Shown here in pieces: positions 38,114 through 51,632 of a stretch of 64,000 nt of DNA. Location of the stretch: assembly GCA_000934665.2 (NCBI GenBank), contig KZ538419.1, positions 1 through 64,000 on the forward strand, read 5' to 3'. Every line of letters begins with the position of its first letter. Positions within the stretch are counted from its first letter, which is position 1. The position numbers and the translations under genes were made by a program. The DNA comes from Catajapyx aquilonaris. Taxonomy: Eukaryota. The notes beneath the pieces are model-generated. The model saw only the letters and a program-made list of their open reading frames with translations, did no database searches and was not told where the DNA came from.

Positions 38114-38821
38114 CTGAAAATTTTGAAGAAGAAACTGTCCAGGGTCAGGGTGATGCAAGGCACAATATGTGATCAGTCGAGGACTCAAATAATATTGAAA
38201 TTCCACCACGTGATTGAAAATGCAAAATATTCTGGAAAAGATTAACTCCCGTCAAGCACTCACATGCCAGTGTTTAGCTATAGTACACCTATGGATGCGT
38301 ATGTTGAAACTGTGTAACAAGGGGCCCATGTGTGCAAGTACAGTACAAGTTAGTATGACGTGGAATGCATGCAGCATTCACTCACTCACTAATTACTGTA
38401 ATTAGGCAATATGGCATGAATGAGCTGAAACAAACAATGTAATCCTCTAGCAACCCAGTGTACACATAATAATTATGTGAGCATCGGGTTATTAATTTTT
38501 TAGCGGTCATTTCTGCTTTCCAACCGTTTTCCAACCGCTTGTCCACTTAGCCTACGTGGACTACTTTTTTTCTCGCGAATAGCTACTTTCGCCACTGTCT
38601 TGTGCATCAATTGACGGCGAAAAAGCCAATAATTTTGCAAATTGGCATGTGTCTCAGCTTATTATTTGGATATTTGCACATATACCGCGGTATGTAGCCA
38701 CTGGGTTGAACTCACGATAACTGTCCTCCTCTATGACTTTTTTTTAAAGCATCTACTGAAGGGAAGGTCCCAGTATATCAATGGACGAAGAGACTGTGCT
38801 GCTGCTTTATGATTCAGAACT

Positions 38822-38857
38822 TGATGATGATGATGATGATGATGATGAATATGATGA
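38822..38857. repeat. (GAT)n low-complexity tract
   Basis: Read directly from the sequence. Confidence 0.8.
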
Positions 38858-40088
38858 AGGTTCAGGTTCAAGATCTGAATCAAGAGAATCAAGCACAAGT
38901 GAAGATGACGACGGATGACAATGAGACTCCAGCGACACTCTAACCGGAAGCCCATCTGGAGGAAGAATGGAATGTGTTCCTTTTTCTGTTGCTAAGTGAC
39001 GTTTACCCAAATTATTGTTTACTAAATTATATTTTTGTACAGGTTCGCCAACACCTGTCCAAAATTTTGTTTCCTTGGACACAAGTGGGGAATGACTAGA
39101 TTGGTGTAGTTACATGCTCTAACTACAAAACTAAATGACGCATGAATGTTGTAGCATTGACATTCTAACTGAAAACTGAATACATAGGATAATGTTCTAC
39201 TGTATGTATAAAATAGTGTAATACCTTGTTGCAAAACTTCTCACCTGTAACGGTAATGTTGTCAAATAACGTCTGTTATGTGTAGTTTCCAAGCAAGAGT
39301 CGTGCAAACACTGTCGCACTTGAAAAAAATTTATATATATATTGCGATATTGAATGCGAAATTTGCTTTCCTTGTAACGTGTACACTTGCTGAACACGAC
39401 TGCAGAGAGAGGCAAGAATTGAATATGGAAGAGATCCAAAAACATGTGCAAGGTGGGGAATGTTTTGCATTTTCATTGGCCTATTACGTCGGGTGTTCTC
39501 CTTTCCAAACAAAGGAGTCGGTACCATCTGATCCGCACGGCATTCCAGAGGCTGCCTATGAAAAAGCCTTTGTGGAAAAGGTTCTTAAAGCACACACGTG
39601 CTCTCATCATGCACTTGCAAGATATGTACTTTTAACCCAAAATCATTTTCCTAACTTAGGTAGGCCTATTAAAGGTGATCAAATGATCAAGTCAAAATGG
39701 CTTTTGCACGTAAGGAATGTACTTGATCTGATAATATTATTGAAGTATATTTTAACTGGTTTTGTTTGCAATACAAGAAACACTAACTTCTCAGTTAATT
39801 ACGTACTTTGACGTATGAATCAGTTATTCGAGCAATTTTTCCATCCATTTGAGCACAATGTTTACTCACGTCTATGAAACGATTATTCCAATAATTGCGT
39901 TACCGGTACTGAATAAATAAATAATGCTCAAGTACGGTGCTGTAACTTTTATTATTATATTAAGTGTTATTTCAATAAAATGTGAATTGCTTTAATACAT
40001 TTGACACATAACTTCTGTTCAGTGCATTTTCTATATAAACTAATAAGCTTGCCAGATGTTGGTGCTATATGAAAGTTCACAAAATGTC

Positions 40089-41203
40089 CTACAAGTTATC
40101 ACCGGTGGCCGAGTACACAGCAGGGCAGTACTTTAGGGCCAGCATGGTCAGAGCAGAGAACTCTTGCGGCTTCCTCTCCTGGTTCATCTTGTTCCAGAAG
40201 TGCACAGCGTGACTGTCCTTGACCACCTCAAGAACCTCTCTTGCATATTCAGCCTCGAAGAACTTGTAATGGTCGTTGTACTTGATTCGGTAGAAGTAAT
40301 CCGGAGAGTAGATGCGAGGTATACTCTGCTTGCAAGTACCTTGGTTCTCGTACAGCCACATTAGATTATTGTTTTCGCACAGTTCTCTGATCATGAAGGA
40401 GACCAGGTTGCCTCCCACGCTGCCCCATTCGGTTGGAGTGAACACGAACATGATGCTGTCCAGCCACATCTTCAGGAAGGGATGTCCCTGTCCGAATTTG
40501 ATGACAGCGACTATCACGCTGGAGTCGTCCTGCATTGCCAGGAAGTCAGGCAGGTCTTCCACCGTCTTTCGCATGATGACGTCTGTATCCAGTGAGATCC
40601 CTCCGTACAGGTACAGCAACGCAGGACGAACGGCGTCGCTCAGGTGAAACGCGGTGTAGGAATTGCTAGTTCGCTCAAGTGTCAGGTACCAATCGTCCAA
40701 TTCAACTTGTTTCAGGATATCCATCGGGTCGTACTGAAATAATATTGTTTGTTTTTATAGCAAATGTGGCGTCATACTCTGCAATGCAATCTTACCCGTC
40801 TTAACTTAATTGTTGGGTAGGTCAGAAGTGATTTAATCGACGCGCAGCTGGTGTTGAGCTTTTGATCCCTCAAGAGGACAAAGACAGTCTTGTTGGGCAT
40901 GGCTCTGGCTGCGGTCTCGATCGAGCAGTACATCCTTCCAGTCAAGCTGTTCTCTTCGGTTGTCACCACGTAAAATATTGACTCGTTAACCACTACTTCT
41001 TTGGAATTAAAGTTTCGTAGGAAGTCACCCTGTCTGAAACAATATTTGGTGCTCATGTTAAGGTTACATTATATTATATGAAGAACTTGTGCTCACCTTT
41101 CTTCATCCTTCTCGTTCCTAGTGTATGCCACAAAACAGACGTAGGCAGTGGTCAGACCCCAGAATGTATAGCATAATATGCGGATTGTGTACTTGTTGTA
41201 CAT
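40089..41203 (-). CDS. GT32 alpha-1,4-glycosyltransferase, copy C
   Basis: TM exon from 41203 (MYNKYTIRILCYTFWGLTTAYVCFVAY). RMYCSIETAA, HLSDAVR..GGISLDTD, HAVHFWNK, KYCP. Confidence 0.9.
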
Positions 41204-41988
41204 CTATAATTCCCAAAATCATACATCATCAACTATAATATATTAAAACCTTAATATTGCTCATTCATCGCCCCATCTTTAGAAGTTCGTCACAATTTTC
41301 CAAGGTAATGAGAGAAAATATCTGCACCAAAATGTAAATGCGATTACCTGTGGGAATTTCACGTCCATGTTTATCTCCAATTTTATCAGAATTTTTAAAG
41401 TTCACTGGATGAGCCTTCTGCTGCTGAATGTGAACTAACGAGTAAGTGAGTATAATTCATTTCTTTTTCTAGGATAAGAGAAGCAGAAGGTATCGTCGAA
41501 CAGAAGGCGTTTCTTATTCATATTAGCTCAATATACGTACCATGTCAAGGCACACAATACGTCGGATCTGTAACGTATTCTTGTACTGCCAGCTTGCATC
41601 GCATTGTATTAGCATGAATTATTATTTCTCTTTTGAAAATGCAGTTTATGTCACACTATACACGTCATCATTGCATACGTTTAATTTTTCATTGAACTTA
41701 CTCAGGCCTATAGGTCACATCACAGTTTTTGCATTACTTGGTGAAAGAGGAGCCGTGTGGGATTAACGTGACAGGTTTTATTTAGATGTATTATTTTGTA
41801 CAGCGCCTTTATACTTAGCACCAAAAAATATTAATCTTGCCCCTTTGCTGCTTTGTAAAAAAAACTGTTGCGAAAATAGTTCACTGACTTTCGTTCACTG
41901 AAGTTATGCCAATATATTTTAATAGGCCAATTCCTAATTGAATATTAATTATTGTTCAGCTAATTAGCTGTTCGCTCATTAAACTATG

Positions 41989-43139
41989 TCACCACATTTT
42001 GTCACTCATTGCAGAAATAGTCGGACAGAACCGTCCTGCCAGGATTTGATACGACGAGTCCTTCTCCGGCTGCAGGTCCGGGTGCATCTTGTTAAATGTG
42101 TGTACCGAGTAGCTGTACTTCACCATCTGAATCGTCTCATTTGCGTCCTTTGACTGGATGAACCGCATGTGCTGAGTGTATGGCACGGGGTTGAAGTATG
42201 TTTCAGACATAATCTTCGGAATGCCCTTTCCGCACGAGTCTTGCTTCAGATGAAGCGTCTTCACGTCTGGAACGTCGCATTCTTCCTTCAGCAGTTGGGT
42301 GACCAGAATTTGACCCAGTGACCCCCACTGGCCCGAATTGAAATTTAGGTGGATGTTTTCCAGCCACGTGGACAGAAACGGGTGTCTCAGATGGAATTTC
42401 ATCACAGCCACGCTCACGTAAGTGTTGTCCTGCTTGGCAAGACAATCCGGAAGGCTCTCCAGCGACTTCTGCACGAAGACATCAGTGTCAAAGGATATTC
42501 CTCCGTACAGGTAAAGCAGGGTCAGTCGCATCAGGTCGCTCAGATGATACAATGCAAGGGAAGGGTTGTCTTGAAGATTGGTCCTGTACAGGATGTCCAA
42601 GTCGACGAGTTCAAGAATTTTGCCAGGATCATACTAAAAATAATTCACATTGCAGTAATTATTTCTACAGGTCTAACCAAATTATTAACTTTGTGCTTAC
42701 TCTTCTAACGTTAATGTTGGGATAGCGTATAACTAGTGGTGTTGTAATGTCATCGCTAGAATTTAGAGGCGGTGCATCTCTCAGAAGCAAAAAGGTTGTC
42801 CAATCTTTCATTGCTTTTGCTGATGATTCCACTGAACACAACACTCTTCGAGTCAAGCTGGTGTTTACTGAAGTCACGACAAAAAATACTGACTTGTTAG
42901 GCCTGACCTCTCTGGGGTCGAATTCTTTCAATAGGTCTACTACGACGTCTTCATTCGGCCTGAAATATATATAAAAAATGTCACGTCTCACATACGAAAG
43001 CGAGCAAATGAGCATTGCATCTTACTTGGCGTCTGTCATTGCATTGTTGTCAAAACGTGTTAGTACTACAAAGATGGTTCCAAAGGTGCCCGTTGCCAAG
43101 AGTAAGTAGAAGAAACAGCGAACTTGTCGCCTTGATATC
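41989..43139 (-). CDS. GT32 alpha-1,4-glycosyltransferase, copy D (start codon lies in an unresolved upstream exon)
   Basis: TM exon ISRRQVRCFFYLLLATGTFGTIFVVL. RVLCSVESSA, HLSDLMR..GGISFDTD, VHTFNK, RFCP. Confidence 0.87.
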
Positions 43140-43189
43140 TACAAAACACAGGTAACTTTCATTTCACATAACCGTACAACTATGGCCTA

Positions 43190-43670
43190 TATAAGAAACA
43201 TAGAAAAACAGGTTTCCGTTCAAAATATTCAGTATGAGTCCAATTGGTTCGCTCACAAGCTGGCGCACGTGTATGCAGAATAAATACAGCAGCCTATATA
43301 GGCCCACGTTACACATTTTTTCATACCCAAGGACATAAAACCACAATTGCTAAAAACAGCCCAAAACACACCACACATACGATACCTTCATAGCTTTCAC
43401 ATGGATGTGTAGTTACAAAATAATATCAATCTAACATCTGAGATGTATGCACACGTGTTACAGCCTCTATCGCACTGTGCTTGTAAATTTGCAGCTTAAA
43501 TTCGACAGATGCTACACTATACAACAAGAAGCAAACAACTTCCTCAGAGCTTGGAATTATTGAAACCAGCAATGACAAATAAAGTATAGGTATATTTCCA
43601 GGATCTGCAGCTGTAACTTACCGCAATTAGGAAGCAAGACTTCTCAAAATGCCGTATCATTCTGCTGTAA
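43190..43670. repeat. Dispersed duplicate (copy 1): upstream region shared with 47300-47835
   Basis: ACATAGAAAAACAGGTTTCCGTTCAAAA..TATTCAGTATGAGTCCAAT through ATTCTGCTGTA aligns with 47300-47835. Confidence 0.85.
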
Positions 43671-44109
43671 GGGTAAGGTATCTCGTAAAAGTAGTTGGGC
43701 TTGCAATGTCGATACCGACCACTTATATAGGCTTTCGCCGAATAAGAAATTTAAAAAGCTATAAAAAGGTTTTGGCGTTTTTGCCTCCCTGGATGAACTG
43801 AAATAGTCGTCAACAAACATTCAGTTTGCCTATAAAGGAGAGCTCCGACGAAAATATTTTGATATCGTTAGGAATACATTCCGAGAGGAACAAGAACAAC
43901 ATCTACGTATAGATAACAATATCTGATATTTTCTTTGAGAAAGTAAACCACATGCCATGTAACGTAAGTAAACCTATTGCATGAATCGTTTTAGGGTGTT
44001 ATTTTTGTGCATTGTGACTCCCTGAAAGATCGTTGCACGCGAATATGATGCAATAAACTAATGGAGGGAAGAAATGATTTTATTGTTAGACTTTATTGTT
44101 ATATGAAAT

Positions 44110-44335
44110 GAACTTTGCCTCCCAGACAACCTTGGCAAGGATTAAGGTTTCGCATAATAATAATTATGTCTCTGTTGGATTCGGTAAATCCGTTGAAGAA
44201 GTCCATTGCTGACTGCTTGCTCCTTCTTGAATGATGGGTTCTGTCTTTGGTATCATGCCTCGTCCCAAGATAAGCAAGAACACCAGCGAAGTTATATCCC
44301 GGAGTCCTCGCAGGTCCTCTCCAAGAAGACACGTA
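44110..44335 (-). pseudogene. Decayed copy of the penultimate exon of DUF229 #1
   Basis: Nucleotide similarity to ~19470-19680 (CAAGATAAGCAAGA.CACCA, GGATTCGGT.AATCC.TTGAAGAAGTC, CAACCTTGG.AAG), with frameshifts and stops. Confidence 0.8.
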
Positions 44336-44382
44336 GCAAAGAAAAATAATTACATACGACGATTACATTACCACTTTATACG

Positions 44383-47114
44383 TTAACTGTGAGTCCTGCA
44401 CAAGCAGTATGGCCTCAAAACCGGGTCTTGAATGCATGACGATTGGTTTCCATACTTGTTGATTCGACTTATACCGCCCAGCACCTCGAATGTCTCTGAG
44501 TCTTTGAGCCTCCTCATCATGGCCTCCAAGTGAGCGTCGTTCGGCTTTGTTTCCACCACCAATCTCAGGTGTACCTCTTCGTCGGTTGATGTCAGGTTTG
44601 GCCCAGGGGAAGACCAGCTGAATTTCATCACATTCGCCTGAGTCAGGTTCTTAGAAAGAGTAGACAATTCCAAAATAATGGTGTTAGTCAAAATGTCTCA
44701 TATGTACGGTACGTACTTGGGCCAGTCAAAAATAACTTTCAATTATTTTCCTAATGCATTCATTGTGTGTGGCACGTTGTTGAAAGTAACCTTCCGCGAA
44801 CAATAAAAGATATGAAATGACAGGAGGTTGCTGCCATTACCGTTGCTTCTCATACAAAAGGCCTTGGATGCTGGAGATGACCATTTTCAGCATATTCTAA
44901 GGCAAACTTTATTGTGCAACATACAAGGTAAGTACTTGTAATAAAGTTTCAAAAGAACCATACAATAATTTTAAAATTATTGAGAAATGTTTGTGTCTCC
45001 TGGCTAGAAAATGACCCTGTCGATTCTTTGCACGACCAGTGGCGGTGTGTGCCAGTAGTGAAACGTGTCGTCGCACTCTCTCAACCTGATTCCCCTTTCC
45101 ATGTTCTGCTCGACCACTACTAACCTTTAGTTCCAAGTGATAGCACTGAGTCTCGATGGGTTCCAGACGCTTGTTCACGTGCTCTACAAGTGCATTAGCT
45201 GCGGACATTACTTCAGGTGCGTCTAATGGTACTCTCTCCTCCAATGTGCAAATGCAGTACTCCGGTGGTATGTACGCATCTTGACAGGTCCTGTTGAGAG
45301 GAACCAGCTGCCTGAAGAGAGAGATCCCGTGTGGAGAAGGAGGCCTCCAGACAGAGGCGGACTCCCCGTCCTCCAGGTCGTCCATGTACACGTCCACCAG
45401 CATCTCGTGCACGTCGAACCAGGTGGTCAGTCTGTCGCTGTTTCTCTCCAGGTTTCGGACCAAGTGGGGGTGCTTCTCCCTCAGCCATCGAGGTAGACTG
45501 ATGGAGAAGAAGGGCATCCTCTCTTCGAATCTCCCCAGGGTTGTCTCCCTGTATGATCCGTACCTGCAGGGAAATACATTGTGAAAGTGTGCGTGGTGTA
45601 GCTTAAATCACCGTACATGTTTCCGTGATCTCCCATGACGATCAGGATGGCGTCGTCCAGTAGGTGGTCATCCATGCTGCGTCGCAAGAATTCACGAACA
45701 TCATCGTCGATCATCTGCACTGGGTTGATGTCGTGGTGACTAATCTCAGATATAAAAGAGAACGCAAAGTATGGAACGTCTTTGTTCTTCCGAATGAACT
45801 GATCCGCATATCGAAGGATGAGGTTGTGCCTTGCGTCGCTGCCGAAGCAATATGAGTCGCTCTTCGCGTTTGTGGTAGTCTTTCTTGTCGCCATCCGAAA
45901 CGGCCTCATGTAGTAGTCAACTGGAGGCTTCTTAAATCCCATAGTCACGAAGTTGAACAACGGGGCAGTGGGAAAGTCCTCCGAGTACAGAGTGAGGTAG
46001 CCGTAGCTGCGAAACGCCCTCCAGAGAAGAGGCATGTGGTCCATCGTCATCTTGCCAAACTTGTACCTTGGAGCCAGGAAATCGTGGGGCTCGTAGTGGT
46101 CGTTGGACACTTTGAGACCAGTCAGCAGAGGAACAATGTTTGGAAATGTGTTGTGACCGACTTTGTTCAGACCCCACAACACAGTGGCGTTCAGAGTGGT
46201 CGTGAGGTACTCGTACGTCTTGGGTAGTTGTCGAATGAAATTGGGTTGAGACATGGAGTCAACGGCCAGAAGGAAGACGCTGGGTTGGGTTCCTGGTGTC
46301 CTCGATGGTGGAACATACTTAGGAGACTTGGCATAAACGTGCACATTTTCGTACAGAACGGTCAGGTTGGATGTGCATTTGACGACACACGTGTATGTTG
46401 AGATTTCCTGCGACATGTTCAATACCTGCAATATTTAACGAGGATGGTTAAGATATGTCCCTGGTCCGATCCTAGGTATTTGAAGGGTGTTTAAGCTACA
46501 TCATTACAATGGACCTGCGCGTGCCCGCTAGTTTCCTACCAGAACGGTCCGAGTTATTGTCTTCTCTTGGTCAGATCTTATTAATAGGTAGTACCAGAAT
46601 CAATGCACGGTCCGGCTGAAGGACGCCCCTGTTGTGACCCCATTGATTACGTTTAACCTCGTGGAAATGGACCAGAAATGTGAGTTATTCTCCTTTCTCA
46701 TCACGACTCACCTGGGGGGTGCCGTACTCCAGGTTATTATCGTCAGCCAACCAGATGTCGCTGTAGGTGCAGACAAGGTCGCTTTCCTCGGATTTCATGG
46801 ATTCCAGAGCAGTTTCATTGGCGTGAAGAACTCCATCGCTGTCGAGATGGGTAAGCGGAGGTTGAAATACAGTGCACTTCAACGGGCCCAATTTCCGGAG
46901 GTATGGCGTGATACTGGCATCGAAAGGATCTAATTTCTTCTGTGCCCTCAAAGGTATCCTCCATTGGTGATGTCACTTCTTCTGTGCCATCAGAGGTATT
47001 TTCTTGGTAAAGTTGCTCGAAACTCGGAAATGTGCACGAGAAATTCCACATGAAAGTAATAAGGCTTAGTGCCAGGATTATTAGGAAGAATATTTTAAAG
47101 TAATTGTTACTCAT
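44383..47114 (-). pseudogene. DUF229 #3, close paralog of #2, frameshifted
   Basis: Same 4 coding exons as #2. At ~46935 it reads ACA GAA G AAA TTA GAT versus ACA GAA GGA GTG CGA TCA TGC GCG ATA CCA AAA TTA GAT in #2 (23 nt missing). DHGNR becomes DHGNM. Confidence 0.75.
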
Positions 47115-47299
47115 GGTTCTGTGTAGTATTGCTGCGTGCTCAGAGGAACAAGTTAGTCTGCAAGAGAATAATGATGGTGATAACATTTTGCCGTACTGAA
47201 CTATAGGAGCCATCATATAAAAATCTTGTAACGGACACCCAGGTTCTGTCAGGTAGCCCATACATAGGTTTCAATGTTATGTATTTTTGCCTCTGGCCT

Positions 47300-47835
47300 T
47301 AATAAGCGACATAGAAAAACAGGTTTCCGTTCAAAAAATATTCAGTATGAGTCCAATTTGTTCTCTCCCGAGCTGGCACACTTGCATGCAGAATAAAAAA
47401 AAACAGCAGGAATCTGCCTACATTACACATTTTCTTCATGCCCCATGACATAAAACTACACTTGCCAAAAACAGTCCAAAATATACACGACACACACGAT
47501 ACCTCCGTATCTTTCACATGGATATGTAGTTACAAATTAATGTCAATCTTAACATCTGAGTAGATGAAATGTATGCACACGTGTTACTTGCCTCTGTCGC
47601 ACTGTATAGGCTACTTCAAAATTTGCAAAATTTGACACACTTGCTATATTATGTAACAACGTGAAGCAAGCAACTTCCGCATAGGGCTTGGAATTATTGG
47701 AACCTGTAGGCTGTAGCCTACTGATAGGACGGAAAGCAAGTAAGGATATTATTTCCAGGATCTGGTGCTACTGTAACTTACAACAATATTGAGAAGCGGT
47801 TCAAAAATACCAATCAGTTGTAAAATTCTGCTGTA
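47300..47835. repeat. Dispersed duplicate (copy 2), upstream of DUF229 #3
   Basis: Aligns with 43190-43670 in the same orientation. Confidence 0.85.
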
Positions 47836-47999
47836 CTGTACATGTCAGATTATTTCATTACTCCGGCCATTTTTAGAAAATATTATTGCTATAATAATTA
47901 AGCAATGGTTTTCACCCCTCTCCTGAAAAGTAGACAAAGCTTTTTTTTGCGCTTTTCACATGGCATCATGCTGTAATTATTAACACAAGTCAATTAAAG

Positions 48000-49281
48000 T
48001 CAAAAGAATCCTTCAGTTGCTGAAAATACTGATGGGCAGTACTTGCTTGCCAAAAGGTGATAAGCAGTTGGAGGAAATGGTGGAATCTTCCGGTCACTGT
48101 TTAGATAGTTCCAAATGTGGGCAGCGTGACTGCCGTTGATCAGTTTCATCGTAATGTTGGCATAGTGAGGTTTCAGAAACATTTCATGCGCGCCGTAAGG
48201 TATCTCGTAAAAGTAGCTGGGAGGCAACAGAGGTGGGAGGATGTGGTTACATTTGCTTTGTTGCGCGTATAAGGACGAGACGTTGGGCTGGTGGCAGTGT
48301 TTGAGGATCAACCTAGTTAACAGGTAAACACCTATACGGCCAAATGCACCGTCGTAACTAGTAGATCCGATTTTTCGGATCCACATTTCCGCAATGGGAG
48401 TATGTCGACGGAGCCTCATAACACCGATGCTGATTATCCTGAAGCTTTGTATTCCTATGAATTCGAGAGGTAGATCGTCCATTGCCTTCTGGACTATGAC
48501 ATCACTGTCCACGTAGAGTCCTCCGAAGAGATAGAGAAGCACAGCACGCAAAACGTCGCTCAAGTTGATGTAATCCAATTTCGGGTGCTTGAGGAATTGG
48601 TCTCGGTACCAGGAGGTTAAGTTGACTGCAGAAAGTACTGCTTCGACGTCTATCTGCAATATTAAAATGTGGAAAAACTAATTACGCCATGTAGTGGAAT
48701 GATGATTGGTTTCATCAAAATTAGGACAGCCTTTTATCGTGAAAATGTTAATAAAATGTGATTATCGATACCGTTCTGAACTTAATGTTGGGTATCGATG
48801 TCAGAGCCATTGTTGGTTGGTGTGCTGTGCCGACGTGTCTGCTCCTCATTATCAAAAATACAGTTCTGTTCTTCATTGCTCTGGCGATGGATTCCACTGA
48901 GCAACAAGCTCGGGGAGACAAACGAGGATTCATTGTTGTTTCCAGAACAAACACTGCTTCATTGTCTTCAACCTCCATGAAGTTGAGCATCTGTAGTTCT
49001 TCATAAACTGCAAACCATACAAATTAAGTTGAACCAAGTGCAGGAAGCTGGGTTAATGTATGCAGTTGTAACTATATACAAATTATTTTAGCAATAAATA
49101 ATTGTACTCACAATCTTGTACGCCTGAATGTGACCTGAAATATAGACACAAAACAATGATCACTTAAGTATAACAGTACCATTGAAAGTGAAAATCACAT
49201 CCGAACATATTACCATATTAGAGCAGCGATAGTCAAAGCAACAATCGAACACAGCAAAGGTCTTCGTCGTCTTCTGGCCAT
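48000..49281 (-). CDS. GT32 alpha-1,4-glycosyltransferase, copy E
   Basis: MARRRRRPLLCSIVALTIAALIW, a 23-nt micro-exon at 49134-49112, RACCSVESIA, NLSDVLR..GGLYVDSD, AHIWNY, KYCP. Confidence 0.9.
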
Positions 49282-50353
49282 TTACTTGCAAAAACAGTAT
49301 ACTTGTTAGACAATGACTTGTTCAAGTACGCTGGATAAGCACAACTGGAAGAAGAGGACATCATGCAATTCCACACCAACAATAAAAAGACGGTGCAAAG
49401 TTTGCAATGAAATCACGAATTATATTTAACGGAAACACTTTGGCTAATGATCGATGCAATAACTTGAATATATCTCCCAATATAAGCTGGAACTTACCAC
49501 TAGAAGAAATCAGCGGCAAACCAACCGATGTGTAGTATGCCTTTGCTCTCCACTCAAGTCATTGGTGCGTGACGCATTTTTTTCCCTTCGACATAAATTA
49601 TAATCTAGAAAATCCATCACATCTGCAGGACAACTATGTATAGTTGACCATGACACATTTGCATTTTTAAATTTTAATGCTTGTTACAAGGTGACTTGTT
49701 TAGGTACCCTAGAGAAGCACAACTGGAATAAATGGCCATCATGCAGTTCACTCCAACAATAAAAAGGCACGAGTGCAAAGTTTGTAATAAAATCAACAAT
49801 AAAGTTTATTATATACGCGTTCCTTCAACCTGGGCTTTTCAAATCTACAAAAGCCACACCTTTAGCACCGAATGTTGTATTTAAATTTATTTATTTCATT
49901 GTCCAGTTGATCTTCACACATTCGAATTCGACTTTTTTCCACATGCAATTAGCATTTTTAAATTCTGGAAAAACCTGTGCACATATTATTCAGAGCAAAC
50001 ACTTTTGTAAGGTAAATTAGCATCTGAAAATGGAATGATTTGCTCTTGAGGTTCATGCCTTCTTTTTTTAACCTTGTAAAATGAGCACTATATTTTTATG
50101 CAGGCAGCTCAAGATATGACGGCTATGACTGCTAGCAGGAAAGTATAGCCATCTCGTACAGCACAGTCATAGGCTCACCACTTTCTTCAACCTAATTTAT
50201 TAACATGAGAGTTGCAAAGTTACATAATAAGTATTTCCTAGAAAGTAAAGCTTTCCAGACGACATTATAATTAGTTGGGTTCAGTTAGCCATGTTGTTTG
50301 GACTATCTCATTGTGACCACTCTTGCCAAGGGGTTCTGCATGTGGGATTGAAG

Positions 50354-51632
50354 TCAAAAGTAGCCTTCAGTTTCTGTAAATACTAATGGGCAGTACTTGC
50401 TTGCCAAAATGTGATAAGCAGTTGGAGGAACAGGAGGAATCCTCCTGTCACTGTTCATGTAGTTCCAAATGTGGGCAGCGTGACTGCCTTTGATCCGTTC
50501 CATCGTCTTGTTGGCATATTGAGGTTTCAGAAACATCTCATGTGTGCCGTAAGGTATCTCGTAAAAATAGCTGGGAGGCAACAGATGTGGGAGTGTGTGA
50601 TTGAATTTGTTCTGCTGCTCGAACAAGGACGAGACGTTGGGCTGGTGGCAATGATCTAAAATCACCCTAGTGAACATTTGCACACTAATCGAGCCAAATG
50701 TACCTTTGAAAGGTGTAGATCTGATTTTGCGAATCCACATTTCTGCGATTTGATTGTGACGACGGAGCCTCATGACGCCCACGCTGATTATTTTGAAGCT
50801 TTCTATTCCTATGAATTGTGCAGGTAGGTCGTCCATTGACTTCTGAACTATGACATCGCTGTCCAAATACAGTCCTCCAAAAAGGTAGAGAAGTGAAGCC
50901 CTCAAGACGTCGCTCCAGTTCATGAAGGCCAAGTTCGAATTTTTGAGGAATTGGTCTCTGTACCAGGAGGTTAAGTTGACTGCAGCAAGCACAGTTTCGA
51001 CGTCTATCTGAAGGAGTCAAAATATGTAGAGGAAGACTCATTAAAATGGTTGGTTGTATGGAAAACACTGCTGGCAATTTTCATAAAAAATTAATACCGT
51101 TCTGAACTTAATGTTTGGTAGTTTTGTTAGAGCCATAGTTGGCTGGTGTGTTGTGTTGACATATCTGCTCCTCATTATCAAAAATACAGTTCTGTTCTTC
51201 ATTGCTCTGGCGGTGGATTCCACTGAGCAACATGCTCGGGGAGACAAATGAGGATTCATTGTTGTCTCCAGAACAAACACTGCTTCATTGTGTTCAACCT
51301 CCATGAAGTTGAGCATTTGTAGTTCATCTTCACATACATCCACTGCTTAAAAATACGGCCACATTAGCTCGAACGAAAAACCATGCTAGGCCTACAACTG
51401 TACATCGTTAAATAAAATTAATGAATAATTTAACCAAATGTACTCACCCGGCTGTAAATATATGTTGCACCTGTAATGCAGAGACCACATTATTTTGTAT
51501 TATCTGCATTATACAGTATTACGTGAAGTTATAATATTAATATACATAATTATGTATAAGTTATTACCATATTACTACAATCACCAAGACAACGAGCCAG
51601 AGCAGCAGTTGCCTTCGTCTGCATCTGGCCAT
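50354..51632 (-). CDS. GT32 alpha-1,4-glycosyltransferase, copy F (recent duplicate of E)
   Basis: MARCRRRQLLLWLVVLVIVVIW, a 23-nt micro-exon, NWSDVLR..GGLYLDSD, AHIWNY, KYCP. Confidence 0.9.

Noticed and set aside
38731..39811. Poly-His/poly-Ser ORFs and the 177-aa ORF at 39278
   Set aside because: The first derive from a GAT tract. I recognise no domain or consistent splice model for the longer ORF; it is probably decayed TE sequence.
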